A stretch of 19,038 bases of DNA, from contig JAZDIZ010000061.1 of assembly GCA_043804515.1 (NCBI GenBank), positions 1 to 19,038 of the forward strand, read 5' to 3'. Positions 8,191-16,936 of this stretch are shown here, in pieces (position 1 is the first letter of the stretch; every line of letters begins with the position of its first letter). The DNA is from Pseudomonadota bacterium. Lineage in GTDB: Bacteria; Bdellovibrionota_G; JALEGL01; DATDPG01. A program made the position numbers and the translations under genes. A model generated the notes under the pieces. It had not been told where the DNA came from. It saw only the letters and a program-made list of their open reading frames with translations, and ran no database searches.

Positions 8191-9417
8191 ATGATGTTCG
8201 AGTTCAAACTACCTGATATCGGCGAGGGCGTTTCGGAAGGCGAAGCGGTCAAGTGGCTCGTTTCCGAAGGGGACGCCGTCACCGAAGACCAACCCATCGT
8301 CGAGATCATGACCGACAAGGCCACGATTGAAATCGCGTCCCCCAGGGCCGGTAAGATCCGGAAGCGGGTCGTGTGCGAGGGCGACGTCGTCCCGATCGGC
8401 AAGGTTTTGGTCCTGATCGAGGAGGGAGGAACTCCTGCCGAGCCTCGGGGACCCCGGGAAGAGATCCTGAAGGCGCCCGCGCCCCCTGCCCCGCCCGCGC
8501 AAACACCCAAACTGTCCGAGACTCGCAAGCGCATCCTGGCTTCCCCCGCCACGCAGCGCTTGGCCCACGAACAAGGCATCGACCTCGCAAGCGTCTCGGG
8601 CTCCGGCCCCTTGGGAAGGGTGACCGCGCAGGATGTGGAGGCTTTCCTCCGAAAAACACCTTCCGGTGCCGGCCCCGCCCTGTCCGAGCGAAAACCCCGC
8701 CCCTCCCCTCCCTCCGGCCGGGAGGAACGGATTCCATTTCGGGGCGTCCGAAAGAAGATCGCCGAACACATGGTCCGCTCCCGTCGGACAGCGATGCACT
8801 TCACGCAAATCGACGAGGCCGACATGACCGCGCTGGTGGAATTTCGGGCCAAGGCCAAAGTGATCGCGGCAGCGCAGGGTGTAAGGCTCACGTATCTCCC
8901 GTTCATCATCCGAGCCCTCGTAAAAGCGTTGAAAGAGTTTCCGGCGCTGAACGGGTCGCTGGACGACGAGAAACAGGAGATCGTGATCAAGCACTACTAC
9001 AACATCGGGATCGCGATCCAGACCGACGCCGGGCTCATGGTGCCGGTCGTAAAGAACGCCGACCGGAAAAACCCTCTCGAACTGGCGCGTGAGATCCAGG
9101 TTCTGGCCGAAAGGGCCCGGAGCGGGAAGCTCTCTCTTGAGGACCTTAAGGGCGGCACGTTTACGGTTACGAGCACCGGCGCGTCGGGGGCGCTTTTCGG
9201 CACGCCGATCATCAACTATCCGGAGTTGGGAATATTGGGCGTATACAGGATCGTTGAAAAGCCCGTGGCCCATGAGGGCCGGGTGGTCCTGAGGCACATG
9301 GGGTACCTTTCCCTTTCCTCCGACCACCGTGTGATCGACGGCGCCGTGGGGGCCGAGTTCCTGCGCCGCGTGGTGGAGTATGTGGAAAACCCGTTGCTTC
9401 TCTCGCTGGAGGAATGA
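8191..9417 (+). CDS. 2-oxoacid dehydrogenase E2, dihydrolipoamide acyltransferase (pyruvate/branched-chain type, single lipoyl domain)
   Basis: FKLPDIGEGVSEG...MTDKA lipoyl domain, ASPATQRLA...GSGPLGRVT subunit-binding domain, PIINYPE, DHRVIDGA catalytic motif. GGAGG RBS upstream. Confidence 0.95.
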   Translation: MMFEFKLPDIGEGVSEGEAVKWLVSEGDAVTEDQPIVEIMTDKATIEIASPRAGKIRKRVVCEGDVVPIGKVLVLIEEGGTPAEPRGPREEILKAPAPPAPPAQTPKLSETRKRILASPATQRLAHEQGIDLASVSGSGPLGRVTAQDVEAFLRKTPSGAGPALSERKPRPSPPSGREERIPFRGVRKKIAEHMVRSRRTAMHFTQIDEADMTALVEFRAKAKVIAAAQGVRLTYLPFIIRALVKALKEFPALNGSLDDEKQEIVIKHYYNIGIAIQTDAGLMVPVVKNADRKNPLELAREIQVLAERARSGKLSLEDLKGGTFTVTSTGASGALFGTPIINYPELGILGVYRIVEKPVAHEGRVVLRHMGYLSLSSDHRVIDGAVGAEFLRRVVEYVENPLLLSLEE

Positions 9418-9442
9418 ATGAAACTTGCGAAAGGAACTTCCT

Positions 9443-10861
9443 TTGACCCGTTATGACGTAGTGGTGCTCGGCGCAGGTCCCGGTGGTTATGTGGCGGCCA
9501 TCCGACTGGGACAGCTCGGAAAGTCCGTGGCGCTCGTCGAACGGGCCGAGCTGGGGGGAGTCTGCCTCAATTGGGGGTGCATTCCTTCCAAAGCTCTGAT
9601 CCACGCCGCCAAGCTCTATGAACAGATCCGGAGCGCCCACGAGCTCGGGATCACGGTGAAGGGGTTGGCGATCGACCTTGCCAAGACCCAGGAATGGAAG
9701 CGAGAGTCGGTCCGAAAGCTCACCTCGGGCGTCGCTCAACTTGCGAAAGCGGTCGGCGTCAAGATCATTCGCGCCGAGGGGAAGTTCGAAACACCCAACC
9801 GCATCCGCCTTACCGGCGCCGAATCCGGCCAGGATGTGATCGAGTTCGAGCACGCGATCGTGGCGACCGGATCGCGTCCCATCGAAATTCCCGGATTCGC
9901 CATCGACGGAAAGCACGTCGTGGACTCCAAAGACGCTCTCGATTGGACCGAAGCCCCGAAACGCCTTCTGATTATCGGAGGCGGCGTCATCGGGATGGAG
10001 ATCGGTATGCTTTATCGGAACCTCGGTTCGGAGATCGCGGTGGTGGAGATGATGGACCAACTCCTCCCCGGCATCGACGCCGAAATCGCGCAGGCGCTCC
10101 AGAGGATCTGCCGGAAAAAAGGGATCGCCGTCCACATCTCAAGCAAAGCCACGGGATATCGAAAAACGAAGGACGGGCTGGCCGTGGGAATCGAAGGTCC
10201 CAAAGGAAAGCAGGAGCTCGTTTGCGACGTGATCCTTCTTTCGATCGGCCGCGCACCCAACGGCCTGGGATTCGGCCTCGAAGCGATCGGCGTCCAAGTC
10301 GAACCCAAGGGGAAGATTCCCGTGAACAACCGCCTGCAGACGAATCTGCCGCACATCTACGCGATCGGAGACGCCGCGGGACCTCCTCTCCTGGCCCATA
10401 AGGCTTCCAAGGAGGCTCTCGTGGCCGCGGAATGTATCGCCGGAAGCTCCGATGTGTACGACGTTGCCGCGATGCCGGTGGCGGTTTTCACGGATCCGGA
10501 GATCGCATCCGTGGGCCTGACGGAAGCCGATGCCGCCAGACTGGGGCGAAAGGTTTTTACGGGGAAATTTCCCTTTGCAGCCTCGGGCCGGGCGGTTTCC
10601 ACGGGACAGGCCGAGGGATTCGTGAAAGTGGTCGCCGAAGAAGGGTCCAAGCTTCTCCTGGGCGTGCATATTTTCGGACCGGACGCTTCCAACCTGATCG
10701 GGGAGGCGGCATTGGCGCTCGAGATGGGGGCTGCGGTTGAGGATTTGGCCTTGACCGTCCATCCGCATCCGACGCTCTCGGAAGCCTTGATGGAAGCCGC
10801 CGAAGCCTCGTTGGGAAAAGCGATCCATATGATGAATCGGGGGGACCACAAGCGTGCCTGA
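9443..10861 (+). CDS. lpdA: Dihydrolipoyl dehydrogenase (E3)
   Basis: GAGPGGYVAAIR, GGVCLNWGCIPSK (redox disulfide), GGGVIG, AIGD, LAHKAS, HPHPTLSE. Likely TTG start at 9443 after AAGGA (ORF track starts at 9425). Confidence 0.96.
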   Translation: MTRYDVVVLGAGPGGYVAAIRLGQLGKSVALVERAELGGVCLNWGCIPSKALIHAAKLYEQIRSAHELGITVKGLAIDLAKTQEWKRESVRKLTSGVAQLAKAVGVKIIRAEGKFETPNRIRLTGAESGQDVIEFEHAIVATGSRPIEIPGFAIDGKHVVDSKDALDWTEAPKRLLIIGGGVIGMEIGMLYRNLGSEIAVVEMMDQLLPGIDAEIAQALQRICRKKGIAVHISSKATGYRKTKDGLAVGIEGPKGKQELVCDVILLSIGRAPNGLGFGLEAIGVQVEPKGKIPVNNRLQTNLPHIYAIGDAAGPPLLAHKASKEALVAAECIAGSSDVYDVAAMPVAVFTDPEIASVGLTEADAARLGRKVFTGKFPFAASGRAVSTGQAEGFVKVVAEEGSKLLLGVHIFGPDASNLIGEAALALEMGAAVEDLALTVHPHPTLSEALMEAAEASLGKAIHMMNRGDHKRA

Positions 10862-11192
10862 AGCCCGGCCACATACCGGCGCCATTCGGATCGTCCATCC
10901 GACCCCTCTGCCCGCAGTGAAGTTCGACAAAAAGAAGGTTTATCACCTGATGGTGGAAAAAACGGGCCGCATTCTGGTCGTCAACGAGGACACCGAAGTC
11001 ACGAACTACGGTGAGCACATCATCCGCCGCGTACTCGACGAGTGCTTCTATTTCCTCCAGGCTCCCCCCAGACTCCTGGCGGGGGCGAATGTTCCCGGGA
11101 TCGCGTCCGCGTGGTCCCTGGAAAAAGCCTCGGTCCCCCAGGAGGACTCGATTCTCGATGCCATGCTCCACGTGGTTGCGGCGGCACCTTAG
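10854..11192 (+). pseudogene. Remnant of 2-oxoacid dehydrogenase E1: C-terminal part of the beta-subunit (transketolase C-terminal) domain, probably joined to an E1-alpha-like N-terminus
   Basis: VEKTGRILVVNEDTEVTNYGEHIIRR...FYFLQAPPRLLAG..VPG...LEKASVP matches the E1-beta C-terminus. Only 112 aa, with no TPP-binding GDG motif. GTG start overlaps the lpdA end, with a G-rich SD-like run upstream. Confidence 0.7.
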
Positions 11193-11267
11193 CCTTCATT
11201 TTTGAACAACCCGCCGTTTTTGGGGTTTTTGAGGAACCTGATAGAGAGGAAGACGGGTGATTCGAAT

Positions 11268-11633
11268 ATGAACGCTGTAATGGCAGGCTATCTCGTTCTG
11301 GGTCTGGTGGCCGGAATCCTGGCCGGCATTTTCGGCGTGGGAGGCGGAATCATCATTGTCCCGGTCCTGATCTGGGCCTTCCATATGGACCAGCATCAGG
11401 CCCAGGGGATGTCTCTTGTGGCTCTGCTTCTTCCGGTCGGAATTCTGGGGGCTTACGCTTACTATCGATCGCACCCATTCCCGATCAAGCCTGCGCTTCT
11501 GATCGCCTTGGGCTTATTTATCGGGGCTTATGTCGGAGGAGTATGGGCCCAGCAATTCTCGGGCCGGTCGCTCAGGATCGCCTTCGGCGTATTGATGGTG
11601 GTCGCCGGAATCAAGATGGTTCTGGGACGATAA
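11268..11633 (+). CDS. Sulfite exporter TauE/SafE (TSUP) family membrane protein, half-size
   Basis: GLVAGILAGIFGVGGGIIIVPVL, QHQAQGMSL, about four hydrophobic segments. ATG at 11268 is the likely start. Confidence 0.88.
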   Translation: MNAVMAGYLVLGLVAGILAGIFGVGGGIIIVPVLIWAFHMDQHQAQGMSLVALLLPVGILGAYAYYRSHPFPIKPALLIALGLFIGAYVGGVWAQQFSGRSLRIAFGVLMVVAGIKMVLGR

Positions 11634-11664
11634 CCTCGCGGACGAACCGCGGGTTCCTCGGGTT

Positions 11665-13176
11665 CTACCTCCGGGAGTCCGCGTCGAGGAGGCCGTGCGA
11701 CATTTCGGCGTTTCCGGGATCCTGGTCCACGGCGGATCGAAGCAGCGGTATCGCCCGTTCGATCCGTCCCGTTTCCACGTAAAACTTTCCCAGAAAATAA
11801 GCCGCGTAAGCGTTCGCGCCCATGTTGAGCGCCCGCTTCAGCATTTGCTCGGCGGATTCGAGGTTCCCTTGGGGATCGAACTTGAAGAGCGCCCACCCCC
11901 AATGCGCCAAATAGGACGGGTTGCTCGGTTCGATGTCCGCGCAGTATTGGAAGAATTCCATCGCAGCCTGGAACCTTCCCTCCCGTAAGACGCGGACTCC
12001 CTGTTCGAATTGAGCGCGCGCGTCCACCAGCTTCGTCTGGATTTTGAACCCCTCCCCGGGTCTTCGCTTCGGGCGTCCTTCCGCCACCTTGCTCCGCTCG
12101 GCCCTCACTTGCTCCAGGTACCTCCTTTTGGACTCGAAGTCCGAAAGTGTGCTGAACGCCTTCACGCCGCGCAGAAAGATCTCCTCGCTGTGCGCGCGGA
12201 ATTCGCCCAATGCGGCCGTCTTGAACCGGCCGGGATTGAACCGGATCGCGAACTCCACGAACCGGTCCCGGATTTCCACGGCCGCGGCGTCTTCGGGGAC
12301 GTTCAACAGCTCGAAATAGTTCAGCGTCATGAGATTCATGTGTTCGGACGCGATCTGGTTCGCAAACTCCCGAGTCTCCGGGTCTACCTCTCCGATGGAT
12401 TTCTTTGGTTCGGCCTCCGTGATCTTTTGAAGCGGAACCTCAACCGGAGGCCCTTCGGGTGACGCTTTTGTCCCCGCCTTTTCCTCCGAAACGAGTCCCA
12501 TGAGCCGGTAGGCGTACAGCTTGCGAAGGATTCGTTCCCTCGAAATCGAAAGCTGTGTTTGGAGTTCGCCGGCCGATCGGCTGTTCTTGAGATGCTGAAG
12601 GATGCGCACGTCCTCGGTCGTGGGTTCGATCTGATTCGCTTCTACCGGGCCCCTGGACGCCAGGCGGAACACGGACTGGTCCGTGATGCCTAATTTTTCG
12701 ATCCACTCCAGCGGCATTGAACTCACGATGCCTTTCAACAGAAGGCGCACGGGGTTCATCTTGAGGCCAGGAACGCGGTCCGGCGCGGCCGCGTCCTCCA
12801 CAAACTTGTACGCGCCCCTCTCCCACGTAAAGAGATCCAGGATCTTGAGCTCGATACTCGTTTGGACGGCCTCGTACAATTGCGCGGGCTGGATGGCTCC
12901 GATCTCGATCAGGGACGTCCCGAACATTTTTTTTGTTTCGATGGACCGGAGGAGCGCCATTTGCTTCTGCTCCGGCGTGATCACTTTCTGGGTCACCAGG
13001 ATCCGCCCAAGGGTTTCGTGCAAGAGGTTGGACTCCACGTGCACGGGGAATCCTGCGTCCAAGATCAGCGTTTTCTCGATCTCATCTTTCCGGATTTCGA
13101 GTGCCCCCGTAAGCTGGGACTTGTAGACCTCCCACAATACCTGTGGGAAGGGAGTCTTGGTCAGATCACCCTTCAA
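11665..13176 (-). CDS. DUF4388-like N-terminal domain + degenerate DnaJ-like domain + C-terminal TPR protein
   Basis: KGDLTKTPFPQVL...TGALEI...ETLGRILV...FTWERGAYKF (DUF4388-type), NYFELLNVPEDA...EIRDRF...RFNPGRF (J-like), and TPR-like C-terminus (AQFEQG...EPSNPSYLAHWGWA...AAYFLGKFY...DPGN). TTG start. Confidence 0.8.
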   Translation of the reverse strand: MKGDLTKTPFPQVLWEVYKSQLTGALEIRKDEIEKTLILDAGFPVHVESNLLHETLGRILVTQKVITPEQKQMALLRSIETKKMFGTSLIEIGAIQPAQLYEAVQTSIELKILDLFTWERGAYKFVEDAAAPDRVPGLKMNPVRLLLKGIVSSMPLEWIEKLGITDQSVFRLASRGPVEANQIEPTTEDVRILQHLKNSRSAGELQTQLSISRERILRKLYAYRLMGLVSEEKAGTKASPEGPPVEVPLQKITEAEPKKSIGEVDPETREFANQIASEHMNLMTLNYFELLNVPEDAAAVEIRDRFVEFAIRFNPGRFKTAALGEFRAHSEEIFLRGVKAFSTLSDFESKRRYLEQVRAERSKVAEGRPKRRPGEGFKIQTKLVDARAQFEQGVRVLREGRFQAAMEFFQYCADIEPSNPSYLAHWGWALFKFDPQGNLESAEQMLKRALNMGANAYAAYFLGKFYVETGRIERAIPLLRSAVDQDPGNAEMSHGLLDADSRR

Positions 13177-13178
13177 GT

Positions 13179-13691
13179 TTACTTGCGAATGGCGTCCGTG
13201 AATTGGTACGTGAGAAAGCAGTCGATCTTTTGAAAGGCGATCTGGCCCGTCAACTGCTCCTCAGCGGACCCGCTGAAGGTGTCCACGCCCGAGAACCTGC
13301 CTCGAACTCTCATGAGCCGAAGGATGTTCCCGACGCCCCCTCCCCGATCCACGATATCCGCGCCTCCCATTTCAAACGTGTCGTTGACGAAAAAATTCAC
13401 ACTGCCGCGCACGGCGACGTCAAAACCGCTCATCGCCAACGTCCCGTTGTCTTGCACAAGCTCGACATCCATGGAAACCGCTGCCCCCTGAGCGGGTATT
13501 TCCAAATCCGTGGATAGGCAGTCGTTGGACGTGACGTCCGCGTGGACGCTGAAAGCTCCGGTGAGCTCCTGTCCGACCGCGTCGCCCGGCTGGATGTTCA
13601 CGACCTGCGTGAAATCCAATGAACCCCCGCCGGAGCATGCCGCAAGGACAAGAACCAGGGGAAATGTAAGCGTTTTTCGGCTGTGAATCAT
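13179..13691 (-). CDS. Hypothetical lipoprotein
   Basis: MIHSRKTLTFPLVLVLAAC signal with lipobox LAAC; acidic, beta-rich-looking mature part with two further Cys. Stop lies 2 bp before the next gene's start. Start moved to ATG 13691. Confidence 0.72.
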   Translation of the reverse strand: MIHSRKTLTFPLVLVLAACSGGGSLDFTQVVNIQPGDAVGQELTGAFSVHADVTSNDCLSTDLEIPAQGAAVSMDVELVQDNGTLAMSGFDVAVRGSVNFFVNDTFEMGGADIVDRGGGVGNILRLMRVRGRFSGVDTFSGSAEEQLTGQIAFQKIDCFLTYQFTDAIRK

Positions 13692-13791
13692 GCCGTATGG
13701 ATCATTTTTAACGGCGCTCCGCCCCAATGTAAAGCAGAATGGCCGGCGTTGTGTTTTCCCGGCTTTTGGTCTATCCATGCCCGTTTTGGCT

Positions 13792-14826
13792 ATGAGAGCG
13801 GCTATATACGTGGACGAGGGGCGCATTGAAGCCCGTGAGATCGGTGTCCCTTCCGCCGGTGAGAGGGACGTCCTCCTCAAGGTGCGCGCCTGCGGCCTTT
13901 GCGGAACGGACATCCGCAAGGTCCGCCACCATTTGATCACTCCTCCCACGGTTCTGGGCCATGAAGTGGCCGGTGTGGTGTTTTCCGTGGGATCGGAAGT
14001 CACGAAGTTCCGCGCGGGGGACCGCGTGGTGGTGGCCCACCACACACCCTGCTACGTCTGTCACTACTGCCTCCACAAGAATTACTCCCAATGCCATCGG
14101 TTCAAGGAATCGAATCTGGATCCGGGCGGGTTCGCCGAGTATCTCCGGATTCCTTCCTCCCATGTCGACCACACGGCGTTCAAAATCCCCCACGGGATGA
14201 CGGACGACCAGGCCATCTTCATGGAGCCCCTGGCCTGCGTTCTCAGGAACCTGAAACGCACGACGCTTTTGGATGGGGACACGGTGCTCGTGACCGGCTT
14301 GGGGCCGATGGGAATTCTGACCGGCCAGGCGGTTCGGAATTCGGGATGCCGGGTCGCCGCCACGGATCTGCGGGAAGACCGCATGGATTTGGCCCGGCGG
14401 CTCGGATTCGAATCGGTAATTCACGCCTCTGATCCGGAACTCAAAAAGAAGCTTCTCCGAATGACGGAAGGACGCGGAGCCGATCTGGTCGTCCTGACCG
14501 CCGGTAATGCCCAAACCTATGCCGATGCTCTCCAATGGGTCCGGAACGGGGGGACGATCAACATATTCGCGAGCCTCGGCCCCGGCCCCCGCCTCGCGTA
14601 CGAAGTGGAAGAACTGTATCACCGGGAGATCACCGTATTCTCGAGCTATTCCTCCTCTCCCTCGGAATTGGCGGAGGCGCTGGAGGAAATCCGGACGGGA
14701 CGCATCAACGTGGATTGCCTTCACCCGAAGCCGTTCGGCTTGGACGAGGTCCCCTCCGCGATCGAGTCGGTTGCGAGCCTTTCGATTCTAAAGGCGGTGA
14801 TCCGCCCGGGGGGAGCAACTTCATGA
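13792..14826 (+). CDS. Zinc-dependent medium-chain dehydrogenase (sorbitol/threonine dehydrogenase-like), copy 1
   Basis: MRAAIY start, CGLCGTD, LGHEVAG, CYVCHYC...C structural Zn motif, EPLAC, GLGPMG Rossmann motif. Confidence 0.92.
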   Translation: MRAAIYVDEGRIEAREIGVPSAGERDVLLKVRACGLCGTDIRKVRHHLITPPTVLGHEVAGVVFSVGSEVTKFRAGDRVVVAHHTPCYVCHYCLHKNYSQCHRFKESNLDPGGFAEYLRIPSSHVDHTAFKIPHGMTDDQAIFMEPLACVLRNLKRTTLLDGDTVLVTGLGPMGILTGQAVRNSGCRVAATDLREDRMDLARRLGFESVIHASDPELKKKLLRMTEGRGADLVVLTAGNAQTYADALQWVRNGGTINIFASLGPGPRLAYEVEELYHREITVFSSYSSSPSELAEALEEIRTGRINVDCLHPKPFGLDEVPSAIESVASLSILKAVIRPGGATS

Positions 14827-15860
14827 AGATGCGTGCGGCGCTGTTCTTCGGCCCTTCCGACATCCGGCTGGAAACCGTGGACATCCCGACGATCGGGCCG
14901 GGAGAAGTGCTCATCAAGGTGGGAACCGCCCTGACCTGCGGCACGGATTTCAAGGCCTACCGGCAGGGCCATCCGGTTCTCCTGGGCACGAACCTTCCCG
15001 CTCCCTTCGGCCATGAGCTGGCGGGCACGATCGCGACCGTGGGCCGCGGCGTCACGCATTTCAAGGAAGGGATGCGCGTGGTGGCCGCAAATTCGGCCCC
15101 CTGCGATCGCTGCTATTTCTGCCAACACGGAAAACCGAATCTTTGCGACAACCTCAAACTCCTGAACGGAGCGTACGCCGAGTACATCCGGATTCCGGCG
15201 CAGATCGTAAAACACAATCTCTACGAGATCCCCGACAACGTGTCATTCAAAGCCGCGGCTCTCACGGAACCTTTGGCCTGCGCCGTGCATGCTTTCGAAC
15301 GCCTCCAGATCCGGCCTATCGACTCCGTCGTGATCCTGGGCTGTGGCATCATGGGCCTGCTCTTCTGCAACGTCGCCAAGATCCGGGGCGTGGACGTCAT
15401 CGCCGTGGGGCGGAACCCCGAAAAGCTCAGTCGTGCCAAGACGATGGGAATCCGTTCCGTCGTGGACGTGGCCGATCTCGCCGATCCCTCGGCCTCGATT
15501 CTGGCCGAAACGCCGGAAAACCGAGGCGCCGATTTCGTCGTGGAGGTCGTGGGAAGACCGGAAGCCTGGGAGCAGGCTTTCCGGCTGGTCCGCAAGGGAG
15601 GCACCGTCTGTCTCTTCGGCGGATGCAAGAAAGGTTCGTCCTACAAACTCGATACACACCGGGCGCATTACGAGGAGGTTTCAGTCGTCGGCGTCTTCCA
15701 TCACACACCCATCCACTTCGCTCAAGCCCTTCAGTACGTGGTGGATGGAAAGGTTCCCGTCGATTTGTTCATCACATCGGAACTCCGTTTGGAGGAAATC
15801 CCCAGTTTCTTCCGGACCTCCGTGGACGCGAGCCCATTCAAAGCGGCGGTAATCCCGTGA
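14823..15860 (+). CDS. Zinc-dependent medium-chain dehydrogenase, copy 2
   Basis: ATGA overlap with the upstream stop; LTCGTD, FGHELAG, CDRCYFC...C, EPLAC, GCGIMG. Confidence 0.92.
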   Translation: MKMRAALFFGPSDIRLETVDIPTIGPGEVLIKVGTALTCGTDFKAYRQGHPVLLGTNLPAPFGHELAGTIATVGRGVTHFKEGMRVVAANSAPCDRCYFCQHGKPNLCDNLKLLNGAYAEYIRIPAQIVKHNLYEIPDNVSFKAAALTEPLACAVHAFERLQIRPIDSVVILGCGIMGLLFCNVAKIRGVDVIAVGRNPEKLSRAKTMGIRSVVDVADLADPSASILAETPENRGADFVVEVVGRPEAWEQAFRLVRKGGTVCLFGGCKKGSSYKLDTHRAHYEEVSVVGVFHHTPIHFAQALQYVVDGKVPVDLFITSELRLEEIPSFFRTSVDASPFKAAVIP

Positions 15861-16891
15861 AACGCACCGACATCGTGGACCTCCGGAGCGACACGGTCAC
15901 GCGCCCGACTCCCGCGATGCTGGAAGCCATGATGCGGGCCGAAGTCGGCGACGACGTCCTCGGGGACGACCCCACGGTCCTCGCGCTTCAGAACAAAGTG
16001 GCGCAACTACTCGGAAAAGAGGCCGGACTTTTTGTTCCATCCGGGACCATGGCCAATCAGATCGCCGTGCGCGCGCACACCGAGGCGGGAGACGAAATCA
16101 TTCTGGAAGCCGACGGCCACACGTTCCTGTTTGAAACGGGGGCGCTCGCCGGGGTTTGCGGCGTTCAGGCCCAGCTTCTTCCGGGCAAGCGCGGGCTTCT
16201 GACGGCGGACCAGATCGAAAGAGGAATCCGTGGGGGCGATTATCATCTCCCCCCGACAAAGCTGATCATCCTTGAGAACACGCACAACCAGGGGGGCGGG
16301 ACGGTTCAGCCCCTCTCGCTCGTGCAAGAAATCCGGGGTGTGGCCCTCAGGCACGGCATCGCGATGCACATGGACGGAGCGCGCCTTTGGAACGCGTGCG
16401 TCGCATCCGGGAAATCCCCGAAGGAATATGCCTCGCAGTTCGAGTCGGTCAGCGTCTGCCTTTCAAAGGGGCTCGGGGCTCCCGTGGGATCGTGCATCGC
16501 CGGAACGAAGGCGTTCATCGCGCGCGCCCGGCGTTTCCGGAAAATGTTCGGAGGCGGCATGCGTCAGTCTGGGATTCTGGCGGCCGCCGGGATCTACGCT
16601 CTGGACCACCACTACGAGCGGCTCAAAGAAGACCACGAAAATGCGAAATATTTCGCCCGAGAGCTTTCGCACATCAAGAACGTCCAAATTGATATCAACG
16701 ACGTGGAAACCAACCTGGTTTATTTTGGTGTTGAAGGACGCACGCCTAAATGGGTGGAGGAGCAGCTCCATGAACGCGGCGTCTGGCTTTTCGCCGAGCG
16801 CCCCAACGAGGTCCGCGCCGTCACGCATCTCGACGTGGACCGGGCCGGCCTCGACCGCGCCCTGGAAACGATCCGCACAATTGTTCGATAG
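15857..16891 (+). CDS. ltaE: Low-specificity L-threonine aldolase (PLP-dependent)
   Basis: GTGA overlap; VDLRSDTVTRPT, VGDDV, PSGTMANQ, LENTHN, HMDGARLWNA, CLSKGLGAPVGS (PLP lysine), GGGMRQ. Confidence 0.94.
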   Translation: MKRTDIVDLRSDTVTRPTPAMLEAMMRAEVGDDVLGDDPTVLALQNKVAQLLGKEAGLFVPSGTMANQIAVRAHTEAGDEIILEADGHTFLFETGALAGVCGVQAQLLPGKRGLLTADQIERGIRGGDYHLPPTKLIILENTHNQGGGTVQPLSLVQEIRGVALRHGIAMHMDGARLWNACVASGKSPKEYASQFESVSVCLSKGLGAPVGSCIAGTKAFIARARRFRKMFGGGMRQSGILAAAGIYALDHHYERLKEDHENAKYFARELSHIKNVQIDINDVETNLVYFGVEGRTPKWVEEQLHERGVWLFAERPNEVRAVTHLDVDRAGLDRALETIRTIVR

Positions 16892-16897
16892 AAGACC

Positions 16898-16917
16898 GGC
16901 CCGCGGGCCCAGTTTTT
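16898..16917 (+). terminator. Possible intrinsic terminator after ltaE
   Basis: GGCCCGCGGGCC palindrome followed by CAG and TTTTT; the stem is short. Confidence 0.3.
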
Positions 16918-16936
16918 CCCATTGATTCCTTGTGTG

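Noticed and set aside
8103..10930. Long antisense and alternative-frame ORFs over E2/lpdA (and similarly over the kinase and dehydrogenases)
   Set aside because: Shadow ORFs expected in GC-rich DNA; they overlap well-supported genes and have Arg/Pro/Gly-rich, motif-free translations.
13690..15856. N-terminal extensions in the ORF track (starts 13690, 14045, 14535, 15143) suggesting fusions
   Set aside because: Family homology begins at 13792, 13691, 14823 and 15857, and the stop/start overlaps support the shorter starts.
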